From a virus, in the IMG/VR virus record IMGVR_UViG_3300002026_000030: a DNA stretch of 60,505 nt, one strand, 5' to 3'. Below, piece by piece: positions 36,949-43,743 of this stretch (position 1 is its first letter; each line of letters begins with the position of its first letter). The notes beneath the pieces are model-generated. The model ran no database searches. It had not been told where the DNA came from and saw only the letters and a program-made list of their open reading frames with translations. The translations under genes and the position numbers were made by a program.

Positions 36949-38170
36949 TGAAACGGCTAAAGTCCTCATCGAAGTCGCCGCAACCTTCGATGCACTCCCA
37001 AATCCCCGCATCTGAGTTCAGGTAGTCAGAGTGTTCTTCGATCTGCTTCGCGTAGCCCTTCAGCAGCCCGCTAACGGCGTCATCGACGTCGGCCATGATG
37101 CTCTGGATCGCGTCGCCCACTTGCTCCGCCTGCGCCTCGGCGCCTTCTTCCTCCAGCATCGCGTCCATGTCGTACGTAGCCTCATGCTCGTACGTCATGC
37201 CCACGCCGCGGTTCCTGCTGGGCTTCATCGTGACGTCCACGAACTGGAACGCAGCGGCGTACAACGGCACGCATAACAGCAGCATCGTCTTCGGCGTCAG
37301 TAGCTCCTTGCGGTAGTCGGCCACGACGTCGGCGAAGTGGGTGTTCTGTGCCACGAACTCATCGACCTTGTCGGACATCGCACCTTCGATCACACCGGCC
37401 AGCGTACTCACACCCAGCGTGCACGCCATCGCAGGCGGGTACGTATCCCACTGCAGTGACTTGTCGTCTGGCTCCAGTCCGAGTGCGGCCATGACCTCCA
37501 TCGCCTCGGAGGTGATATGCTCAAAGTCGTGGACGTCTTGCTGGGTGGGGCGGAACTTCGCGATGGTGGCCGACTGAAACTTGGTCGGGAACGCAGGCGC
37601 CTCCGTCGGGGGGTCAGCCAGTGCGTTCAGGATGCGGCCCAAATAGCTGTCAATGTTCTCGAAGTCGGGCAGTCCACCGACCTCGATGTCAGTGTTCCCT
37701 TCGGACTGATGCGGCTCGAAACACTCCGCGATCCGATCCTCATAGGCCAGCCCGAACGTGTGGCTATCGAGGAACTTTTGCAGGCGTGACTTGTTGGGCG
37801 ACTTGTACGCTTTCCAGTACGCACGGTGGCCACCGAGTGCAAACCACAACTCGGGACACGACACGGACGTCTCGCGGTGCGCGTCGAACTCCGTCACCTT
37901 GTAGTCGAAGCCCACGGTCAGATCGAACACGATCGACGCGTTGTCGGGGGTGCCGGGGTAGCGCTTGCGCGCCTCGGCCAGCACGCGGTTACGCAGTGGG
38001 TTGTTCCCGTAGCGCACGCCCTGCCGGATCACTAGATCGGCGCGCCACTTGTCGTCACCCAGATCAGTCACTTGGTACGCGGCCGGCGTGCGCCACGTGG
38101 GGTACTTGAGCGTGTCCGCAACGTCGAACAGCACGGGCCGCTTGCCGATTCTCAATTCGATAGTGTTCAT
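36935..38170 (-). CDS. hypothetical acidic protein
   Basis: 411-aa ORF; AGGAG in the preceding box; very acidic C-terminal third. Confidence 0.65.
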   Translation of the reverse strand: MNTIELRIGKRPVLFDVADTLKYPTWRTPAAYQVTDLGDDKWRADLVIRQGVRYGNNPLRNRVLAEARKRYPGTPDNASIVFDLTVGFDYKVTEFDAHRETSVSCPELWFALGGHRAYWKAYKSPNKSRLQKFLDSHTFGLAYEDRIAECFEPHQSEGNTDIEVGGLPDFENIDSYLGRILNALADPPTEAPAFPTKFQSATIAKFRPTQQDVHDFEHITSEAMEVMAALGLEPDDKSLQWDTYPPAMACTLGVSTLAGVIEGAMSDKVDEFVAQNTHFADVVADYRKELLTPKTMLLLCVPLYAAAFQFVDVTMKPSRNRGVGMTYEHEATYDMDAMLEEEGAEAQAEQVGDAIQSIMADVDDAVSGLLKGYAKQIEEHSDYLNSDAGIWECIEGCGDFDEDFSRFINHD

Positions 38171-38174
38171 GAAT

Positions 38175-38189
38175 TTAACTCCTGATTAA
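38175..38189. promoter_or_regulatory. TTAA-N7-TTAA box enclosing the Shine-Dalgarno of 36935..38170
   Basis: minus-sense TTAATCAGGAGTTAA then ATTC-ATG. Confidence 0.5.
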
Positions 38190-38392
38190 TTGATGGTCAC
38201 CAACATCACACTACAACTTTCGTCCACGTTAGGATCATTGAAGCACACGGGACAATACAGGTCAACCGCGATCGTTGGTTGGGGGGTTGCAGTAACCCCG
38301 CAGTCCTGACACAGGACGGCCCGCCGTTTCCAGCACAGCGTCGAGCGTTTGGATGAGGACTTTGCGCTTTTGGTCTCTGGCGGCGTTGTCAC
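38186..38392 (-). CDS. possible zinc-ribbon segment (CxxC...CxxC), likely the frameshifted C-terminus of 38262..38549 rather than an independent gene
   Basis: LCQDCGV...LYCPVCF in the +1 frame relative to 38262..38549; the only in-frame start is GTG 38392, giving a 131-nt overlap. Confidence 0.3.
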   Translation of the reverse strand: MTTPPETKSAKSSSKRSTLCWKRRAVLCQDCGVTATPQPTIAVDLYCPVCFNDPNVDESCSVMLVTIN

Positions 38393-38549
38393 GTGGGTGC
38401 CCCGTGTGGTTGTAGGGTCGCGAGGTCACGATCTCCCACCGGCATGCCTCGATCAAGTCGAGGATGGTCTGGTCTTTCTTTTCGTACAGCGCCAAGATCT
38501 CCTTGACGTTGGTCGCGAGTGCGAGCAGGCGCGGGTCTACATCGGCCAT
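38262..38549 (-). CDS. hypothetical protein
   Basis: 95-aa ORF starting ATG 38549; helical-looking sequence until about aa 80, then an unnatural tail. Confidence 0.5.
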   Translation of the reverse strand: MADVDPRLLALATNVKEILALYEKKDQTILDLIEACRWEIVTSRPYNHTGHPRDNAARDQKRKVLIQTLDAVLETAGRPVSGLRGYCNPPTNDRG

Positions 38550-38698
38550 GACCAGCCCCTCCCCGGTTCGACAGCGAACACTGCCCAGAGCAGCATCACC
38601 ATGAGCAGCACAAACACCGCATAGGCCAGCACTTGTAGTGCCGCGAGCGCCATGCGGATGAGGGTGTACACGAATACGATCGTCTGGGGGTCACGCAT
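38537..38698 (-). CDS. small (53 aa) two-TM membrane protein
   Basis: MRDPQTIVFVYTLIRMALAALQVLAYAVFVLLMVMLLWAVFAV...; ATG 38698 overlaps upstream stop by 8 nt; below the 60-aa track cutoff from this start. Confidence 0.5.
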   Translation of the reverse strand: MRDPQTIVFVYTLIRMALAALQVLAYAVFVLLMVMLLWAVFAVEPGRGWSWPM

Positions 38699-39296
38699 AT
38701 TGAAACTCCTCATCGTGCGTAGCTCGTGCTTCGAGCCAGTCCACTGGGGTGTCGTACGCCGGCATGGGCCACGCGATGCCCGATGGGTGCACGTACACGC
38801 GGTGTGGGTCGATGGGCATGTTCCCACAATACTGGGTGCCCTTGCTCTGGTAGAACGACATGCCCGTGAGCGCACTCAGGCGGTTGCGGGTTGTGCTGGT
38901 GTCGAACCCGCCCATGCACGTCGCCCATCCAAGGGCGCCACCATGCTGCGCGGCGATGACTGTCGAGTGCAGGATGTACGCGGCGCCGACGTAGCGTGGC
39001 GAACATAACCAGTAGCCATCACCGTGCTCGGGCCGCACGACACGACATACGAACAGGCACCGCACGTGGTCGTTCTTCGTGCTCGGCACGGTGCCGTACG
39101 AATCGACCAGCGCGCGGTCCCGGCCGAGCGGCGTCATCACCCTGTAGCCGAGCCGCCCATGCGGCTGCGCCGCGGTACGACGGAGCATCTCGCGAGTGAA
39201 TGGGTACTCGTGTTCCAGCACCTGCAGCCCATGGGCGACCTGCCGTGCGACTTGCCTGTGGATGTAGCCGACGATGTTCTTGCTGTTGGCTCTCAT
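38691..39296 (-). CDS. hypothetical protein
   Basis: 201-aa ORF; GAGGA within the preceding box. Confidence 0.6.
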   Translation of the reverse strand: MRANSKNIVGYIHRQVARQVAHGLQVLEHEYPFTREMLRRTAAQPHGRLGYRVMTPLGRDRALVDSYGTVPSTKNDHVRCLFVCRVVRPEHGDGYWLCSPRYVGAAYILHSTVIAAQHGGALGWATCMGGFDTSTTRNRLSALTGMSFYQSKGTQYCGNMPIDPHRVYVHPSGIAWPMPAYDTPVDWLEARATHDEEFQYA

Positions 39297-39299
39297 GAA

Positions 39300-39314
39300 T
39301 TAATCCTCGATTAA
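39300..39314. promoter_or_regulatory. TTAA-N7-TTAA box enclosing the Shine-Dalgarno of 38691..39296
   Basis: minus-sense TTAATCGAGGATTAA then TTC-ATG; overlaps last codons and stop of 39300..39716. Confidence 0.5.
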
Positions 39315-39716
39315 TTGGATGGGGTGGTACTGGACGATCTTGCATGCCCACTGTGCAGCGTGGACGTTCTCGCCGTTCATCTTGCCGTACGGCTTCATGT
39401 CGATGACTGCCGCACACTCCAGCATGAGGTGGTCGCTGAGTGACTGCACGGCGGGGTGGCCCTTATCGCAGAGGATGTCCTCGGCGAGTCTCACGAACTG
39501 AGCGGTCACCACGAACTCGGCGATGGTCGCGTTGCCCGTGATGCCTAGCTTGTCGCAGATCAGGGGGCCTTGCCCGATCATGGTGGCCCAGTCTCCCTTG
39601 GCGAGCAGCCCGCGGTAGATCGGCACCACCATGAGCGCAAACGCACTGGGGTCTTTTGGTTGTGGTCGCATGGTGGTTATCCGAAGGTTAGGACGAGTCG
39701 GTGGTGAGCGCCCCAT
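39300..39716 (-). CDS. hypothetical protein
   Basis: 138-aa ORF; ATG 39716 is 3 nt after upstream stop; alternative ATG 39671. Confidence 0.5.
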   Translation of the reverse strand: MGRSPPTRPNLRITTMRPQPKDPSAFALMVVPIYRGLLAKGDWATMIGQGPLICDKLGITGNATIAEFVVTAQFVRLAEDILCDKGHPAVQSLSDHLMLECAAVIDMKPYGKMNGENVHAAQWACKIVQYHPIQLIED

Positions 39717-39719
39717 AGG

Positions 39720-40049
39720 TCACACCACCTGCGACACTTGCATGTAGTGCGCTTGCAGGTCGCTCGCCGCATCGAGGATGAGGTCGATCTGCTCGTTGAG
39801 TGATTGTCGGCGCGTGTCTACCTCGTTGTAGTAGAACGCGTGCTTTAGTACGCCCTTGCGGCGCACGTTGAGAAAGCCGTAGCTCACCTCGATGGTGTGG
39901 TTCTGCAGGTTGAACTGCTTGAGGTGCTTACGCATAAGCGTGAGGATGCGCTCATCGTTGCGCTCATTCGCCTTGTCCAGTGCGTCATCGCGCGCCTTGA
40001 TGATGGCGGTGAGCTTCGCCTCCGACACGTGGTTAAAGATTCTTCTCAT
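39720..40049 (-). CDS. hypothetical protein
   Basis: 109-aa ORF with balanced composition. Confidence 0.55.
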   Translation of the reverse strand: MRRIFNHVSEAKLTAIIKARDDALDKANERNDERILTLMRKHLKQFNLQNHTIEVSYGFLNVRRKGVLKHAFYYNEVDTRRQSLNEQIDLILDAASDLQAHYMQVSQVV

Positions 40050-40323
40050 GGTTAAACGCCTTCAATACTGATTCGAGAATGGATCGGGCCTCGCGCATGT
40101 ACTCCGCCTCGCAGCCGGGGGAGTTCATCGCTCGGTACACTCGGGTAGCGAACCACGTGCCGGGGAAGTTAAGGCCGTAAATCTCTTTCGTTGCGTTCAC
40201 GACCGTGCGCAGCGCTATCTGGTAGTCCCACATGCCGCACGCCACCATGGATGGCACCAGCTTCTCGTCGCCAGTGCGTATCCATGCCGTGAGCAGCGCG
40301 TGGAACAAGAGGTCGTGGCTCAT
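40033..40323 (-). CDS. hypothetical protein
   Basis: 96-aa ORF. Confidence 0.55.
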   Translation of the reverse strand: MSHDLLFHALLTAWIRTGDEKLVPSMVACGMWDYQIALRTVVNATKEIYGLNFPGTWFATRVYRAMNSPGCEAEYMREARSILESVLKAFNHEKNL

Positions 40324-40448
40324 GACCCGATCCTCATGTAGTACCTCCAGCCCCGCCGGTACTGCCGGAAACAGCGGGGGTTAGCGAACCCACCAGCGGC
40401 GTACCACTGGCGTTTAGCGAGTCTCGCGGCACCGAGCGTGGCGTACAT
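40320..40448 (-). CDS. small basic/aromatic protein (42 aa), not in ORF track
   Basis: my translation MYATLGAARLAKRQWYAAGGFANPRCFRQYRRGWRYYMRIGS; ATG 2 nt after upstream TGA, own TGA overlaps next ATG (ATGA). Confidence 0.4.
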   Translation of the reverse strand: MYATLGAARLAKRQWYAAGGFANPRCFRQYRRGWRYYMRIGS

Positions 40449-40450
40449 AC

Positions 40451-40612
40451 TCAGTCCCCCTCGTCTTCGTTGGCGATCTTGTTCGACACCCACTCCCAGT
40501 AGCCAAGGCGGGTGTCGTTGTTGGCGGCTTCGTACTGCCAGTCCGCGACGGGGTACACGGGGTGCTCGCCCCAGTGGCCGTACTCATCTTCGAGTTCGAG
40601 TGCAGTAGTCAT
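40451..40612 (-). CDS. small acidic protein (53 aa)
   Basis: MTTALELEDEYGHWGEHPVYPVADWQYEAANNDTRLGYWEWV...; ATG 40612 overlaps upstream stop (TGATG); rest of track ORF 40451..40756 is Arg-rich junk. Confidence 0.5.
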   Translation of the reverse strand: MTTALELEDEYGHWGEHPVYPVADWQYEAANNDTRLGYWEWVSNKIANEDEGD

Positions 40613-41154
40613 CAGAGTTCTGCCTCGCCACGGGCACGCGACGCGAGCCACTCCACCGACGCGTTGTAGATCGACGAGTGCGGGTAAGCCTCCATCAGCC
40701 CGAGCACAGCGGTGACGGGGTCGTTGCCCAGCACCTTGGCGCGGTTCACGTGCCACAGTACGACGCCCACGCCGGTCAGCGTCTGCCCCGGTGCGGCGTT
40801 GATCAGCAGGGTGTCGGTCGTCAGGCGTGCAGTGCGTAACTGCTCAAGCTCGGCGCGCAGAAGATCGCCTCGACCAGTGGTGTCCTCGCTCACCTCTGGG
40901 GCTTGGTCGGGTGTCGGGGTCTCGCTCACCTCTCGGGCGTCGTCGATGTCTCCGATCACGATAGCCTGCGCGTTGAAGTACACGTTGATGTACTCGGTGG
41001 GGTGCAGGGGTGCGACTGCGTGGATGTGGACCATGTCGGGGAGCAGCATGCGGAGACGGGCGACGGCCGCTTTACGGTTCAACGCCACGATGTTGGCAGA
41101 GCAACCGATGCCACCGTCGGTGCTGTTCCCGATGTTGAAGTGATAAGCGTACAT
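40612..41154 (-). CDS. hypothetical protein
   Basis: 180-aa ORF, AAGGAAA upstream of ATG 41154. Confidence 0.6.
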   Translation of the reverse strand: MYAYHFNIGNSTDGGIGCSANIVALNRKAAVARLRMLLPDMVHIHAVAPLHPTEYINVYFNAQAIVIGDIDDAREVSETPTPDQAPEVSEDTTGRGDLLRAELEQLRTARLTTDTLLINAAPGQTLTGVGVVLWHVNRAKVLGNDPVTAVLGLMEAYPHSSIYNASVEWLASRARGEAEL

Positions 41155-41166
41155 GTGGATTTCCTT

Positions 41167-41181
41167 TTAGTTGATGATTAA
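41167..41181. promoter_or_regulatory. TTAA-N7-TTAA-type box, one half degenerate (TTAG)
   Basis: plus TTAGTTGATGATTAA; 12 nt upstream of ATG 41154, directly 5' of its SD. Confidence 0.4.
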
Positions 41182-41489
41182 TTGCCGTACGGCATGCAGC
41201 CGATGAGGTACTTGTGCCCGTCGTACGTGTGCAGGGCGGGCGTGCCTGCGCCATCGCCCATCAGGGCGAGGATCGCATCGAGGTCGCTGTCGCCGCCGTC
41301 CGTGGTGCCGGTGTACTCGATCCAGCCCTCGTCGTTGACGGTCACGCGCAGGACCACCACGTGCATGGTGACGGAGCCAATCTGGATGGCACCAACGGCG
41401 TAGCCCTCCTCGGACAGGGCCTTGAGGTCGAACCCGCCTAGCGCGTGGAGGAACGGCACGCTGGGGGTTTTGGGGGTGCGCTTGCTCAT
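41178..41489 (-). CDS. hypothetical protein
   Basis: 103-aa ORF, ATGA overlap with upstream small ORF. Confidence 0.55.
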   Translation of the reverse strand: MSKRTPKTPSVPFLHALGGFDLKALSEEGYAVGAIQIGSVTMHVVVLRVTVNDEGWIEYTGTTDGGDSDLDAILALMGDGAGTPALHTYDGHKYLIGCMPYGN

Positions 41490-41647
41490 GGCACGGACTC
41501 GAGCAGTGTGTCGAGGCGGATGGCACCGCCACGCAGGCCAAGCTCACGCTCAGCCCGACGGATGGCGCGGTGCGCGCCTGCAGTGCCACCCCATAGGAGC
41601 GCAAGCAGCGCACGGTGGACGAGGTTGTCAAACGCGGAAGCAGTCAT
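41486..41647 (-). CDS. first gene of the leftward operon, small protein (53 aa), not in ORF track
   Basis: my translation MTASAFDNLVHRALLALLWGGTAGAHRAIRRAERELGLRGGAIRLDTLLESVP; AAGGA 9 nt upstream; TGA overlaps next ATG. Confidence 0.45.
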   Translation of the reverse strand: MTASAFDNLVHRALLALLWGGTAGAHRAIRRAERELGLRGGAIRLDTLLESVP

Positions 41648-41662
41648 GACGGTGATCCTTTA

Positions 41663-41677
41663 TTAATTGGTGATTAA
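41663..41677. promoter_or_regulatory. TTAA-N7-TTAA box in the leader of the main leftward operon
   Basis: TTAATTGGTGATTAA, 15 nt upstream of ATG 41647, about 90 nt downstream of promoter 41775-41803. Confidence 0.5.
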
Positions 41678-41774
41678 ATGGCGGTATCGCGACAATTCAA
41701 CCGATGAGGGGTGCAGCGCGTCGCTAGGTGCAGCACCCGTGAGCAGCGGACGCATTTGTCCCTGTCACAAGAGC

Positions 41775-41803
41775 AGTATACCAGAAATAGATCGAGTTGT
41801 CAA
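41775..41803 (-). promoter_or_regulatory. sigma70-type promoter (TTGACA-17-TATACT), main leftward early promoter
   Basis: minus strand: TTGACA (41803-41798), 17-nt spacer, TATACT (41780-41775). Confidence 0.75.
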
Positions 41804-42060
41804 GGCGTAGTCGAACGTCATTTTATTAAACAAAACATAACACTTGTCCGATTCAAAATACAACGTTAGAAAGTGACATCTCAGTTGTTACGTGCCAACG
41901 GCGCGGGTTGTAGCGGGTCTAAGTGCGGCACGGTCACGGCATGGGTCGAATATGTCACATTTCACATTAGGCGGATGTTATGCGCTGACAGGGCCGCAGG
42001 CAAGGCGTTTTAGCGATCTAGGGCAAGTTATTAAATGGAGAGAGGGTTCGGGGGTTCGGT

Positions 42061-42075
42061 TTAATCGCTGATTAA
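42061..42075. promoter_or_regulatory. TTAA-N7-TTAA box, near-perfect 7-1-7 palindrome
   Basis: TTAATCGCTGATTAA inside the non-coding region. Confidence 0.5.
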
Positions 42076-42270
42076 GTCGTGTGGGATTTTTGTGTAGACG
42101 GTTTCATGCCGATGTTATGCGCTGCCCGCTGCCCGAGGTAAAAAACGAGAGCCCCCCATGGGGTGAGGGGGTTTCATCTCAAAACATATCTGCTAGCTTG
42201 TTCCGCCCCTCGCGTGAGGCTCTTGTTTGGCGTAGTCATGGATGTTACATCGGGCACTGCCCAATATGGG

Positions 42271-42310
42271 GTTATTATTAATTACTAGATAAGAATAAGT
42301 AATAATAATA
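42271..42310. other. extreme AT-rich tract (possible DNA-unwinding element)
   Basis: gttattattaattactagataagaataagtaataataata: 5 G/C in 40 nt within a GC-rich genome; internal AATAAG and AATAATAATA repeats. Confidence 0.5.
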
Positions 42311-42545
42311 CCCCCAATTCGGGCTTTCCCTGCATACGCTGCCGCTATTAGCGGCACCCCCAAACGCTAAAACCGTCAAACCTCTGCCCGATTGAACGGG
42401 CAGCGTATACCAAGTTACTACGATTGCCACACCCCAAAACCCCCTATTTATTGGGCGTGCCGTGGCCTCACCCCACTTAGCTCCCCGCAAACCGGCCTTG
42501 CCTGCATGGGGTGAGTTACCATACCGCAGTACCATGATCCATAAA

Positions 42546-42560
42546 TTAATTGGCGTTTAA
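42546..42560. promoter_or_regulatory. TTAA-N7-TTAA box
   Basis: TTAATTGGCGTTTAA inside the non-coding region. Confidence 0.45.
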
Positions 42561-42707
42561 ATCGTATACGGCGACGCCATCCAGTAGCCATTAGCCGATC
42601 CTATGAGGAAAAACCCCTCAACCGTGTGAAGGGTTTTCACATCAGGATGTTTCCCCCCAGCTTGTTACGTGGCGGGAAGTCCGCCGGATGTCACGAGCCC
42701 TAGACGC

Positions 42708-42737
42708 AAAAAACCCCGCCACCTTTCGGCAGCGGGG
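42708..42737 (-). terminator. rho-independent terminator of the Ala/Lys-rich gene
   Basis: minus strand CCCCGCUGCC-GAAA-GGUGGCGGGG (10-bp stem incl. two G.U pairs, GNRA loop) followed by U6; 22 nt after the stop. Confidence 0.85.
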
Positions 42738-42759
42738 TCGCGGGGTCTCGCCTTGCGAC

Positions 42760-43617
42760 TTATTCGCCCTTGCCAACGCTGGCTGCGCTGGTGGCCTCGT
42801 CAATCGCGCCGACCATGTTGCGCGTCATGGTCTCAACGTTAGCCAGCGCTCCGGCAATCGCGCCCCGGAGGATGGGGTCCGCGGCGCAACGCGTGGCCAG
42901 AGCCGCCAGCTGGTGGGCGACATCCTGCGCAATCTTGCGCGCATTGGTGCGCTCCGCTTGGGTCGCGGCCTTGGGCGCGGTGCTGGTGGGGCCTGCCTTT
43001 TCGGCCTTCGCTTTCATCGCGTCCGCCTTTGCAGTGTCCGCCGCGGCCTTCGCGACCTTGGCAGCCTCCGCCTTGGCCAGCGCCGCGGCAATAGCAGCAT
43101 CAGCCTCCGCCGTGGCCTTCGCGGCCTTCGCCTTATCCGCGGCCTTCGCGCCTTGCACGGCCGCGACGAACTGGGCGCTTTCGGCCTTCGCTGCCGCGGC
43201 CTTCGCCGTGAGCATGGCGGCCTTGGAAGCCTCCGCCGCGGCCTTCGCCGCCTCACGTGCTGCAGCATCCGCGCCAACGGGGGCACCCTTCGCAGACTTA
43301 AGTCCGGCGGCCTTGTACGCGCTATCAACCGCGTCCTGCACCTGCCGCGCCGACGTAAGGCCGGTCAAGTCGGGGAGCGGCTTCTTTGCTTTCGCCAGCT
43401 TGAAGGCTTGCGCCAGCTTCGAGGAATAAACCCCCCACGCGCTTTCCTTCAATTCGGCGCCGCCTTCCTTCCATACGGCGCCCACGTCTGCAGGGGTGGG
43501 CTCCCAACCTGCGAAAGCGGCCTTGAACAAGGCAACCCACGCGATGGCCGTGGCCGTGGAAAGGGTGCGCACTGCTTCAACGGCCAGAACGCGGGGGGCT
43601 TTTTTGGTGGTGGTCAT
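42760..43617 (-). CDS. Ala/Lys-rich low-complexity protein (histone H1/AlgP-like composition), stand-alone early gene
   Basis: ATG 43617 (GAAGGA 9-10 nt upstream) preferred over ATG 43626; about 120 aa of AKAAA-type repeats between globular ends. Confidence 0.65.
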   Translation of the reverse strand: MTTTKKAPRVLAVEAVRTLSTATAIAWVALFKAAFAGWEPTPADVGAVWKEGGAELKESAWGVYSSKLAQAFKLAKAKKPLPDLTGLTSARQVQDAVDSAYKAAGLKSAKGAPVGADAAAREAAKAAAEASKAAMLTAKAAAAKAESAQFVAAVQGAKAADKAKAAKATAEADAAIAAALAKAEAAKVAKAAADTAKADAMKAKAEKAGPTSTAPKAATQAERTNARKIAQDVAHQLAALATRCAADPILRGAIAGALANVETMTRNMVGAIDEATSAASVGKGE

Positions 43618-43638
43618 GGCATTCATCCTTCTAAGGAA

Positions 43639-43653
43639 TTAATCACTGACTAA
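43639..43653. promoter_or_regulatory. TTAA-N7-CTAA box in the leader of the Ala/Lys-rich gene
   Basis: TTAATCACTGACTAA; 21 nt upstream of ATG 43617; near-identical to the box at 43744. Confidence 0.45.
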
Positions 43654-43689
43654 GTCAGAGGCGGCAGGCAAGACGCCCGACGCAGTGCA

Positions 43690-43718
43690 AGTATCGCACA
43701 AGCTGGTGGAAATGTCAA
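43690..43718 (-). promoter_or_regulatory. sigma70-type promoter (TTGACA-17-GATACT)
   Basis: minus strand: TTGACA (43718-43713), 17-nt spacer, GATACT (43695-43690). Confidence 0.65.
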
Positions 43719-43743
43719 GGTTTAACCCCACAACGTGGTGGAT

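Noticed and set aside
33260-39314. Reading the SD-enclosing TTAA boxes as classical -35-overlapping activator sites for the adjacent gene
   Set aside because: The boxes end only 3-4 nt before the ATG. That leaves no room for a -10 element and a transcription start upstream of the start codon. If they act on DNA, they are more likely operators or roadblocks, or they serve downstream or internal starts.
42081-42535. Track ORFs 42081..42281(+) 66 aa and 42278..42535(-) 85 aa in the non-coding region
   Set aside because: They have no RBS and an implausible composition (for example ...NWGYYYYLFLSSN), and they span hairpins and the AT tract. I treat the region as non-coding, although tiny peptides cannot be excluded without ribosome profiling.
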